Positions 28,834 to 40,450 of a stretch of DNA of 64,000 bases are shown piece by piece; position 1 is the first letter of the stretch; each line of letters begins with the position of its first letter. This DNA is from a candidate division FCPU426 bacterium. GTDB taxonomy: Bacteria > Oederibacteriota > Muellerivitia > Muellerivitales > Muellerivitaceae. The notes under the pieces are model-generated. The model was not told the origin of the DNA and searched no databases. It was given only the letters and a program-made list of their open reading frames with translations. Both the position numbers and the translations under genes were made by a program. Where the stretch lies: the NCBI GenBank assembly GCA_963830915.1, contig CAWHOE010000005.1:20004-84003 (forward strand). The letters run 5' to 3'.

Positions 28834-29349
28834 TCATCTTCCCCGGGTTTTCACCAATTTCATCACCGTCCCCAGTTTTCTCTTCAAATTGAAATTATGG
28901 GGGTCCCTCTTTTGCAAATAAGCGAGGATCTTAGCGGCGTCGGCATAAAGACCCCGGCCGATCAATTGATCGGCGACTTCGATGGTCATCGCTCTTGCCT
29001 GGGGCGTCTTCTTCGGGGCGCCGCTTCCCTTTTCCAAACGCGTCAATAACGTCTTGACCCTTTGATTGCCCGGGTCTTTCTTGAGCATCATGCGAAGGAC
29101 TTGGAGGGTCTTGGCTTTTTTATCGGTGGAGGGTTTCCCGGGAACGTGTCGGGAGGATGCCGCCGCGAAAGCGACGACCGCCCTGACTGAATCCATCGAT
29201 AAAGCGGGATGGGTCTTGATGATCTTTTCAGGAGAATCGCCCGCGGCCAACTGGCGAAGGACCGTGTCCAAGGGGATATTCGTTCCCTTGATGATGGGTA
29301 CCCCGTTCAGGATCTTGGGATCGCGGATAATGTAATCGCTGAACTTCAT
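28834..29349 (-). CDS. DUF433 domain protein with C-terminal helical (TPR-like) extension
   Basis: IIRDPKILNGVPIIKGTNIP...LAAG.S...I...P.L....VRA...FAA. Confidence 0.8.
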   Translation of the reverse strand: MKFSDYIIRDPKILNGVPIIKGTNIPLDTVLRQLAAGDSPEKIIKTHPALSMDSVRAVVAFAAASSRHVPGKPSTDKKAKTLQVLRMMLKKDPGNQRVKTLLTRLEKGSGAPKKTPQARAMTIEVADQLIGRGLYADAAKILAYLQKRDPHNFNLKRKLGTVMKLVKTRGR

Positions 29350-29394
29350 ATGGTCACCCTTTATTTTAATAAGGGTTCGTGGTCCAACAGCCCG

Positions 29395-30246
29395 TTAATC
29401 GGCCCCGGCCTTCTTTTCCACGGGTTCCTTGTTCCACAGGTCATCATGCCCGAAATATCTGCCGACTCGTTCGAATTTATCGTTCTTCCATTGATAAATG
29501 TCATAGCGCTGGATCTCAGGCTTTTCGGATCCGTCATACACTTTCATCTCGATGAGTTTGTCCTTCAGATCGGCCGGATATTGGCTGAGGGCTTTCGAAT
29601 CGACGATCTCCATCCAGCTGTCCCGATTGAGGTCAAAGGCGGCCCAACCCCCATGGTATCCGGCCAAACTGACCAGCGGCTGTAAGGTACCGTTCTTTTG
29701 AAGCCGGTAAAGACGGTCCGAGTGGTTGCCTTGAACGCAGGCTGATTCGCGGGTCATGATCAAGGTCGGCGCTTGAGGGCCAAGTTGAACCAGCCCAATA
29801 TCGCTGCATAAGATCAGTTCCAACAGGGGCTTCAAGCCCGAGGGCTGAAGAAGGAAAAGGACCGTGTCATGGTTCATTTCGGAGATCCTGTACTTGGCGC
29901 AAACGATGGTCTGACCCTCCACCATCGCTTCATATAAAAGATCGAGTTTGGCGGGCGGCGCCACCTCGGGAAGCCCTAATTTTACCCCGTCCCCCAGGGA
30001 AAGCTTTTTGTCCCAATGCCGAACGGGAAAAGGATGGCTTTGGCGCAGGTATAGTTCAGGGACGTTTTTCAGCCAGGCGGGAAGCTTTTCGTTTTGCGTC
30101 TTGATCCACTCTTGGACAACTTGCGCCTGTGTCGTCTGGCCGCGGGCGGGTAACACGGAAAGAATGAATGAGCCAAAGAGCAGGGCCAGGATGAATACCG
30201 TTCTTTGGGCCGACCTTTTTCGGGGCGTGAGGAAGTTTTTCGGCAT
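29395..30246 (-). CDS. Hypothetical secreted protein
   Basis: 283-aa ORF with signal-like segment and DLNRDSWMEIV motif. Confidence 0.65.
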   Translation of the reverse strand: MPKNFLTPRKRSAQRTVFILALLFGSFILSVLPARGQTTQAQVVQEWIKTQNEKLPAWLKNVPELYLRQSHPFPVRHWDKKLSLGDGVKLGLPEVAPPAKLDLLYEAMVEGQTIVCAKYRISEMNHDTVLFLLQPSGLKPLLELILCSDIGLVQLGPQAPTLIMTRESACVQGNHSDRLYRLQKNGTLQPLVSLAGYHGGWAAFDLNRDSWMEIVDSKALSQYPADLKDKLIEMKVYDGSEKPEIQRYDIYQWKNDKFERVGRYFGHDDLWNKEPVEKKAGAD

Positions 30247-30529
30247 TGAACGATAGGGTGGCGGCTGAAATATCTCTCATCCTCATAAGTTTCCCCTGTT
30301 TGTTTTTTAACGGCAATAAAAAGGGCCCGGCGATCCGTCAAAATCGCCGACCATCAACTTCGTTGGACATTATAAACCAAAGAGACAAATAAACCCTGTT
30401 TTCCCTGAAACCCAAGGAAAGTTCATTTGTTCGTAAACTTTCCCCGTCCTTCAACTTATTTACAAAACCACACTGGGGGGTTACATTGAACGGCGGTCCT
30501 GAAAGACCAAAACGACAAAGGAACCTCAA

Positions 30530-31786
30530 GTGCCTGAACAGACTTCCAAATTGAAGTGGGTCTCGGTCTATCTGGCCCTTTGCGTCCTGCCCCTTTTCGT
30601 CTATTTCCTGCCCATCCTTCCCGCTTTTACCGCCCATAAGTCGGTCACCAGCCTGTTCATCTACATCCCGGACCTTTGCCTGCTGTTGACCGCCTTGCTG
30701 GGCTGGCAGATCAAGCAGACCCGCATCTTCTGGGCCGCCCTGTCGGTCCTGGGCCTCTACCACTACCTTCTCCACCCTTCTTCCCTCACCCCCACCGACA
30801 ACGCCCGTCTGGTGGCCTTCCCCATCCTGACCGTGGGCCTGCCCCTTTATTTCTCCATCCTCTTCACCATCAAGGAAAGCAAACTGGCCAGCGACCACAC
30901 GGTGAGCCGGCTTCTGCTTGCCTTCTTCCCCCTGATCCTGTTGGTGGCCCTCTACGGTTGGGCGCCCGACATCCCCCCTAAGATCCTTTATTGGAGCGTC
31001 CTATCCAACAAGGCCTCGGGCTGGCCGGAATTTTGCGCCCTCTCCTTCGCCCTGCTCGGCCTGGTGGCTTATAAGCTGGAAGACCCCAAGATCAAATCGT
31101 TCCTGACCGCCTTCCTTATTGGGATGGTCCCTCTTTACCTGGGCCTCTATGTGGGACTGGTTCCCAACCCCTTAAGGAGCCAAGCGGAGATCAGTTTCCA
31201 CATCATCTTTTCCTATTCCCTTCTTTCCATCGTGTTCCTCCACGCCATCCTCCACATGTACTGGCGCCGGGTCTACCAGGACGCCCTGACCACCATCCCC
31301 AACCGTCAGGCCCTGGACGACCATCTGCACACCCTGGCCGGGCATTTCGTCCTGGCGATGGTGGACATCGACCACTTCAAGAAATTCAACGACTCCTACG
31401 GCCACGCGGAGGGCGACAACGTGCTGAGGATGGTGGCCCAGCACCTGCAATCCCACCTTGGCCAGAAGGTCTACCGTTACGGGGGCGAGGAATTTTGCGT
31501 GGTTTTCGAGGAGGCGGGCCTGAAGGAAGCGGAAAAGATGATGGATGAGGCCAGGGCCCAATTGGAAAAGCGGGATTTCGTCATCAGGACCCACCGCCGG
31601 CGCACGGGCGAGGAAAAAGAGGGCAAGGGCAAGGATATGCTGGATTCAAAAGTGAGGATCACCATCAGCGTGGGGGTGGCGCAGGCCGACAAGAAGGCGG
31701 CGCATTTTCACGAGGTCATCAAGAACGCCGACCAGGCCCTTTATAAGGCCAAATCCAAGGGCCGCAACCGGGTAGTCGTTAACTGA
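30530..31786 (+). CDS. Membrane-bound diguanylate cyclase (GGDEF)
   Basis: Multi-TM N-terminus; DALT..PNR, DIDHFKKFNDSYGH..GD, RYGGEEF, ADQALYKAK..GRN. Confidence 0.92.
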   Translation: MPEQTSKLKWVSVYLALCVLPLFVYFLPILPAFTAHKSVTSLFIYIPDLCLLLTALLGWQIKQTRIFWAALSVLGLYHYLLHPSSLTPTDNARLVAFPILTVGLPLYFSILFTIKESKLASDHTVSRLLLAFFPLILLVALYGWAPDIPPKILYWSVLSNKASGWPEFCALSFALLGLVAYKLEDPKIKSFLTAFLIGMVPLYLGLYVGLVPNPLRSQAEISFHIIFSYSLLSIVFLHAILHMYWRRVYQDALTTIPNRQALDDHLHTLAGHFVLAMVDIDHFKKFNDSYGHAEGDNVLRMVAQHLQSHLGQKVYRYGGEEFCVVFEEAGLKEAEKMMDEARAQLEKRDFVIRTHRRRTGEEKEGKGKDMLDSKVRITISVGVAQADKKAAHFHEVIKNADQALYKAKSKGRNRVVVN

Positions 31787-31803
31787 CCGACGAACGGCAT
31801 TGA

Positions 31804-32118
31804 ACCACCATGCCGACCTTCCAATAGATAATTAATGAGGTCGGTATAGTACCGATTTCTATATTGATTCATTTGGAAAATCGGCACAAGGGCACCAAGA
31901 CACCAAGACACCCAAAAACTCTTAATGGTTAAACATAAAGGCATTTCTAAAATTGCCCATTTGCTGTTCTGACATCAAAACCAAATATTTTTCTTTGATT
32001 AAATGTATTCTTGGTGAACTTGGTGCCCTTGTGCCGATTTCCCAATTAATTAAATATAGGAAATCGGTACTATACCGACCTCTTTAAAATATTTTTAATA
32101 GAAGGTCGGCATGGTGGT
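31804..32118. repeat. Long imperfect inverted repeat (arms about 105 bp), REPIN/MITE-like
   Basis: ACCACCATGCCGACCTTC...ATCGGCACAAGGGCACCAAG versus CTTGGTGCCCTTGTGCCGAT...GAAGGTCGGCATGGTGGT. Confidence 0.85.
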
Positions 32119-32180
32119 AATAAAGCCTTAAGCTTTTTGCAGGAACCAAGAAAGTCGACTTGGTGGTTAAACAGCCGTGG

Positions 32181-33594
32181 TTAGCACTTGTTGAGTTCGA
32201 GGCTGTACTTCTCCGTCTCCTCATCGAACGCCACCGGATATTTGGCCGTGAAGCAGGCCGTGCAATGGCCCTGCGGGGTCCCTTCCACCGCTTTCATCAT
32301 GCCGGCCACCGATAGATAGGACAGGCTGTCCACCCTCAGGTAATTCTTCGTCTCTTCCAAGGTATGGGTCGCGGCGATCAGTTCCTTCCGGCTGGGGAAA
32401 TCCATCCCGTAAAAGCAGGGCGAGATGATGGGGGGAGAGGTGATGCGCAGGTGGATCTCCTTGGCCCCGGCGATGCGCAGCATCTTCACGATCTTGCGCA
32501 TGGTGGTTCCCCGCACGATGGAGTCGTCGATGAGGATGACCCTCTTGCCGTTGATGGATTCCTTGACCGGGTTGTATTTCAGCCTGGCCCCGAAGTCGCG
32601 GATGGACTGGTCCGGTTCGATGAAGGTGCGGCCGATGTAATGGTTGCGGATGAGCCCCAGCTCGTAGGGGATTCTGGATTCTTCCGAATACCCGGTCGCC
32701 GCCATGTTGGACGAGTCGGGCACGGGGACCACCACATCCCCTTCCACGAAGGCCTCCTGGGCCAGGATATGGCCGAGGCGCTTGCGGACCTTCTGGACGC
32801 TGGTGTTGAAGATGCGGGAATCGGGGCGCGAGAAATAGATGTACTCGAAGATGCACATGGAGTGGGTGGTTCTCGAAGGGCTTGATGGAGACCAGCCCGT
32901 TCTCATTGATGAGCACGATCTCGCCCGGTTCCACGTCCCGGACGTACTTGGCGTCGATGATGTCGAAGGCGCAGGTCTCGCTGGCCAGGACCCAGGAGTC
33001 GTCCAGCTTGCCCAGGGCGAGCGGACGGAACCCGTTCGGGTCCCTCATGCCCAGCATGCCGTCGTCGGACAGGATCAGGAGCGAGTAGGCGCCCCGGACG
33101 TATTTGAGGGACTCGATCAGGCTCTCGATGAGGGTGTGGCTGTTGTTGCGGGCCAAAAGATGCACGATGACTTCCGAGTCGACGGTGGAGACGAAGATGG
33201 AACCCCGGGCCTCCAGCTCGTCGCGGATGCGGCGGGCGTTGACCAGGTTGCCGTTATGGGCGATGGCGATGCTTCCCCGGGAATACTCGACCGCGATGGG
33301 CTGGGCGTTGCGGATTTGCGAGGAGCCGGTGGTGGAATAGCGGACGTGCCCGATGGCGGTCTTGCCCGGCAGTTCCCGGAACACGCTCTCGGTGAAGATA
33401 TCGGCGACCAGGCCCATGCGCTTGTGGTTGAAGAGATGTCCGTTATCCATGGTGCAGATACCGGCCGATTCCTGGCCCCGGTGCTGGAGCGAATGGAGGC
33501 CCAGATAGGTCAGCTTGGCCGCCTCGGCGTGGCCGTAGATCCCGAAAACTCCGCACTGGTCGTGGGGCTTGTCATCATCGAGAAAATGGGCCAA
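32181..33594 (-). CDS. purF: Amidophosphoribosyltransferase (one frameshift near 32870, likely sequencing error)
   Basis: CGVFG, LQHRGQE, GHVRYST, HNGNL; second frame CIFEYIYFSRPDS, DDSIVRGTT. Confidence 0.95.
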
Positions 33595-33615
33595 GGAAAG
33601 TCCTTTTTACGTCTG

Positions 33616-35832
<2,217 letters not shown>

Positions 35833-35836
<4 letters not shown>

Positions 35837-36534
35837 CGGGCGGCTCCCGCGAAGGATTGGATGATGGACTTCCAGATATATTGGCCGTCATGGCTCCCGA
35901 TCATGTCCTCGCCCGAGCGGTCGGGGTGGGGCATAAGGCCGAATACGTTGCGCTTCTCGTTGCAGATGCCCGCGATATTCTCCAGCGAGCCGTTGGGGTT
36001 GGATCCGGGGGTGACCTGGCCGGTCTCGTCGCAGTAGCGGACCACCACCTGGTTGTTCGCCTTGAGTTTCTTCATGCCCTCGGAGTCGATGAAATAGCTC
36101 CCTTCCCCGTGGGCGATGGGCAGTTTCAACACCTGCCCCTTTTGGCAGGCGCCGGTGAAGGGGGTATCGGTCCTTTCGACCAGGTTGTAGACGTTGCGGC
36201 AGGAGAACTGCAGGCTCTTGTTGCGGATGAGGGCGCCGGGCAATAGGCCCGCCTCGCAGAGGATCTGGAAACCGTTGCAGATGCCGATGACCAGCCCGCC
36301 CTTCTTGGCGAACTCGTCGACCGACTTCATGACGGGGGAAAAGCGGGCGATGGCGCCGGTGCGCAGGTAATCGCCGTAGGAGAAGCCCCCCGGCACCACC
36401 ACGCAATCGGGCTTTCTCAGGTCGGTCTCTTTATGCCAGACCATCTCCACGTCCTGGCCCATGACGTCCTTGATGACCCACTCGCAATCGTGATCGCAGT
36501 TGGAACCCGGGAATACGGTGACGGAGAACCTCAC
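35833..36534 (-). CDS. purQ: FGAM synthase glutaminase subunit
   Basis: [31 protein letters not shown]. Confidence 0.95.
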
Positions 36535-36785
36535 TTTTTCTCCACCGTGAAGCGATAGGACTCGATATTGGGGTTGGCCAGCAGTTTGTCGCAGATCTCG
36601 TCGGTCAATTTCTTCACCTCAGCCTCGGACAGGGCCCCGTCGATCTCCATCTCGGTGAATTTGCCCATCCGGACGCTCTCCACGCTCTTGTAGCCCATGG
36701 AGTTCAGGGCCCTTTGGACGGTGGCGCCCTGGGGGTCCATGACGGAAGGTTTGAGGGTCACGAAAACATTCACATGCCAGGCCAT
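36531..36785 (-). CDS. purS: FGAM synthase subunit PurS
   Basis: [20 protein letters not shown]. Confidence 0.95.
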   Translation of the reverse strand: MAWHVNVFVTLKPSVMDPQGATVQRALNSMGYKSVESVRMGKFTEMEIDGALSEAEVKKLTDEICDKLLANPNIESYRFTVEKK

Positions 36786-36808
36786 AAAAGCTCCTTACCT
36801 TACTTTTT

Positions 36809-38104
36809 CTAAAGTATGCCAGCGCGCTTCAGGATGAAATCCACGTTCTTCAAATGGTGCGACAGGTCGAAGCATTTCTCCAGCTCGGCGGAGGACAGGC
36901 GGTCGGTGACTTCCGGCTCCTGTTGGATCAAATGCTTGAAATTCAGCTCGTTCTTCCAGGCGTTCAGGGCGTTGCGTTGGACGATGGCGTAGGCCTTCTC
37001 CCGGGTCAAACCCTTGTTCACCAGCGCCAGGAGCACCTTCTGGGAGGAGACCAGGCCCCGGGTCAATTGGATGTTCTTCTTCATGCGGTCCGGATAGACG
37101 TTGAGGTTCTCCATCACGTCGGTGAACTTGTGGAGCATATAGTTCAGCAGGATGGTGGCGTCCGGCAGGATGACGCGCTCGGCGGAGGAGTGGGTGATGT
37201 CCCGCTCGTGCCACAGGGCCACGTTCTCCTGGGCGCTGATGGCGTATCCCCTCATGACCCTGGCCAACCCGGCCACCCTCTCGGCGGTCAGGGGGTTGCG
37301 CTTGTGGGGCATGGCGGAGGAACCCTTCTGGCCCTCGGCGAAATATTCCTCGGCTTCCAGGATCTCGGTGCGTTGGAGGTTGCGGATCTCGGTCGCGAAT
37401 TTTTCCAGGGAGGAGGCGATGACCGCCAGGACCGAGAGGAAAAAGGCGTGACGGTCCCTCTGCAGGGTCTGGGTGGAGACGGGGGCGGGCTTGAGCCCCA
37501 GGAGCTTGCAGACCTGCTGTTCGACCCGGGGGTCGATGTTGGCGAAGGTGCCGACCGCGCCGGAGACCTTTCCGACGGCGATCTGTTCCCCGGCCAGCTT
37601 CAGCCGCTCGATCTGGCGGCTGACCTCGTCATACCAGAGGGCCATCTTCAGGCCGAAGGTGACGGGCTCGGCGTGGACCCCGTGGGTCCGGCCGATCATG
37701 ATGGAGTTGCGGTGCTTCAGGGCCTGCTTTTTGAGGACTTTGCGCAGGTCGACCAGCTGTTCCATCAGGATGGCCGCCGCGGCGGTCAACTGGATGGCCT
37801 GGGCGGTGTCCACCACGTCGGTGGAGGTCAGCCCCAGATGGATGAACCGGGAGGAGGGGCCGACATTCTCGGCCACCGAGGTCAGGAAGGAGATCAGGTC
37901 GTGGTTGGTCTTGCGCTCGATGGCCTCGATGCGTTTGACGGAGAATTTGGCTTTTTTCTTGATGACGGCCAGGTCTTTTTTCGGGATCTTTCCCAGTTTG
38001 GCCCAGGCTTCGCAGGCCGCGACCTCCACCTTCAGCCAGGACTCGTACTTGGCCTGTTCGGACCAAATGTTCCCCATCGCCGGTAAGGTGTATCGAGAGA
38101 TCAA
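36809..38104 (-). CDS. purB: Adenylosuccinate lyase
   Basis: (M)ISRYT start at TTG 38104; [21 protein letters not shown]. Confidence 0.95.
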   Translation of the reverse strand: MISRYTLPAMGNIWSEQAKYESWLKVEVAACEAWAKLGKIPKKDLAVIKKKAKFSVKRIEAIERKTNHDLISFLTSVAENVGPSSRFIHLGLTSTDVVDTAQAIQLTAAAAILMEQLVDLRKVLKKQALKHRNSIMIGRTHGVHAEPVTFGLKMALWYDEVSRQIERLKLAGEQIAVGKVSGAVGTFANIDPRVEQQVCKLLGLKPAPVSTQTLQRDRHAFFLSVLAVIASSLEKFATEIRNLQRTEILEAEEYFAEGQKGSSAMPHKRNPLTAERVAGLARVMRGYAISAQENVALWHERDITHSSAERVILPDATILLNYMLHKFTDVMENLNVYPDRMKKNIQLTRGLVSSQKVLLALVNKGLTREKAYAIVQRNALNAWKNELNFKHLIQQEPEVTDRLSSAELEKCFDLSHHLKNVDFILKRAGIL

Positions 38105-38275
38105 GAAAAGCCCTCCAGGAAAAATGAATTCCACGCCGGTCGGGATGCCCCGGCCGGAAAACGAGAAGAACATAACGATTCAAAGCGTGAGCGAGGGAAA
38201 GGAGGAGAAATGTGGACACAGTATAAAAGACTTTGAAAATTCTACCAACTAAAAACGGTCAGGACAAAAGGACGG

Positions 38276-38497
38276 TCAAACCGCCACGACCTCGACCACT
38301 TCCGGGATCTGTTCCATCATCAAGCGCTCGACGCCGCGTTTGAGGGTCATCATGGAGCTGGGACAGGAATGACAGGCGCCCTGGAGACGGACCCGGACCA
38401 CTCCCTCGGGAGTCACGTCCACCAACTCGATGTTGCCGCCGTCCGCCACCAGGATCGGACGGATCTCGCTCAGGACTGCCTCGATCTTTTCCCTCAT
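38276..38497 (-). CDS. NifU/NfuA C-terminal domain protein
   Basis: IRPILVADGGNIELV...LQGACHSCPSS. Confidence 0.9.
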   Translation of the reverse strand: MREKIEAVLSEIRPILVADGGNIELVDVTPEGVVRVRLQGACHSCPSSMMTLKRGVERLMMEQIPEVVEVVAV

Positions 38498-38567
38498 AAA
38501 CCTCTCCTTTGATATGAACCCATCTTATCAGGGTTTTTGTCCCGTCCTCAAGCCCGGTCGTTCCCTC

Positions 38568-39625
38568 TCACGGCTGGATGGCGATGGTTTTCCAGAGGGA
38601 AACGGTCGCGGACAGGCAGCGGACCGCCTCTTCCGATACGCTCAGCGTGCTTCCCCCCAGGCCGCAGGCGGTCGAGAAGAAGGACCTTCCCTGGAGGACC
38701 TCGCGGGCCAGGCCTTTTTTCGCCAGCTCTTCCGACGCCCAAACCCATTTGTCCACCAACTCGGCCGGGTCGGCGAAATTCCCATGGGTCATGGAAGTGG
38801 GGACCAGCCCCCAGACCAGGTTCCCGCCCTTGCGGAGGTATTCCTTCAGACCGGAAGGGTCCTGCAACAGGTCGTCTAAATATTGGAAAGCGTCGAAATG
38901 GAAGAATTCCACCGGGGTCTGGTAAGCCCATGTCCAGGGACCGGGACCGCAGCAATGGATGCCCGTCAGGGCTTCCTCCTCCTGCAGGGGCTCCAGGATG
39001 GTCCGGAACATGCCCTGGATGTCATCCCAGCCCAAGCCGTATTCTTCCGGCTTGAATTTCCCGTTCAAGGAAGGCTCGTCGAGGAACAGGACCACCGGCT
39101 TGCCCAGGACGGACAGTTCCTTCAATTGCCACCGGCAATGCATCAGTAAATACTCCGTGAGGACTTCCATCGCTCCCCGGGAGGATAAAAGGGGTTTGCC
39201 GTTATCATCCTGCAGGGAAAGCGCCAGGCTGACCGGCCCCAGGGTCTGGCCCTTGACGGCCTGGACATTGGCGAAGAATTTTCGGTTGGCCGGATCCAGG
39301 AACGCGAAAAAGCCGGCGGCCTCATCGGCCTTGAAGGCGGCCCTTTCCAGGCGGTTCTCCTGGTTCTCGGTCCTGAGTACCTCGTGGGCCTCGGAAAGGT
39401 CCTCGGGAGAAAGGGCGAAAACGACCAGCCCGGCCGGGATGTGGTGATGCCGGGAAGGCCGGAAAGGCTTTGCACGTGGACCAGTTCTTTGGGGGAGCGT
39501 TTGGGGAGCTGGGGCCAAGCCGGCACCTCGGCGAATCCCTGCAGCTGCGCCCGGATGGCCGCCTGGGGATCGACCATCGGCAATGAGCCCACCGCCATCC
39601 TGGCCCCTTCCCTCAATCCATCCAT
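38568..39625 (-). CDS. Cobalamin-independent methionine synthase catalytic-domain-like protein (frameshift near 39443)
   Basis: VGSLP, PAWPQLP; second frame KGQTLGPVS, FLDEP, GIHCCG, WGLVPT, ACGLG. Confidence 0.8.
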
Positions 39626-40386
39626 GCTTGATCCTTCCAGGGCCACTCGGCGAAATCCTTGAAGGTATGCCGGGCCGTCAGGTCAAGATGGAGCGGCGTC
39701 ACCGAGATGAAATGTTCCCTCACCTTGGACACGTCCGAATCGGGGGTTTCCAGGTCCGGCAGGCTGGGGCTGTTGAGGACATACCGGTAATGGCCCTCCA
39801 TCTCATGGTGGGGTTCCAGGTCGTCGATATGGCGGAACTGCCCTTGATGGGTCATGGCCGCGCCCTTGATGGCGTCCATCGTGAGCGGGGGCACATTGAC
39901 GTTGAAAAGGATGTTGGAGGCCATCCCCCGTTCCCCGATCCATTCCACCATTTTGCGGGCGAACTTGGCGCTGGCGGTGAAATCCTGGTAGTCGTGGCTG
40001 GTCAGTGAGATGGCCACCGCCGGGATGCCCAGCAGGACCGCCTCGGCCGTGGCCGCGACCGTGCCCGAATAGAGGATGAGGGACCCGTAATTGGCGCCCT
40101 GGTTGATGCCCGAGAGGACCAGGTCCGGTTTCCAGGGCAGGAGCTTGAGGACCGCGGTACGCACGCAGTCCGCCGGCGTGCTGGAAATGGCGAAAGCCTG
40201 GGACGCGCCAGGCCAGTCGACCGATTGGACCTTGAAGGGGGTATGCAGGGAGATGGAATGGCCCGCGGCGCTTTTCTGCTTGTCCGGGGCCGAGAGGGCA
40301 ATCTCGCCCAGGTCCCGGACGGCCTCAAAAAGCGCCCGGAGCCCGGGCGCCTGGATGCCGTCATCATTGGTGAGGAGGATTTTCAT
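39613..40386 (-). CDS. surE: 5'/3'-nucleotidase SurE
   Basis: MKILLTNDDGI, TPADCV, SGINQGAN, YSGTVAA. Confidence 0.95.
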   Translation of the reverse strand: MKILLTNDDGIQAPGLRALFEAVRDLGEIALSAPDKQKSAAGHSISLHTPFKVQSVDWPGASQAFAISSTPADCVRTAVLKLLPWKPDLVLSGINQGANYGSLILYSGTVAATAEAVLLGIPAVAISLTSHDYQDFTASAKFARKMVEWIGERGMASNILFNVNVPPLTMDAIKGAAMTHQGQFRHIDDLEPHHEMEGHYRYVLNSPSLPDLETPDSDVSKVREHFISVTPLHLDLTARHTFKDFAEWPWKDQAWMD

Positions 40387-40450
40387 GCGCCCTAGGATAG
40401 GACATCAGGGGCGCTGGGACAATGACCTTGATCCCGAATTTCAGGCCAGG

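Noticed and set aside
29382..29400. GTCCAAC-agccc-GTTAATC as a minimal attC
   Set aside because: Far too short, no inner (L) boxes and an imperfect GTTRRRY; probably chance
30247..30529. c-di-GMP riboswitch or other ncRNA near the GGDEF gene
   Set aside because: No recognisable consensus by eye; an Rfam scan would be needed
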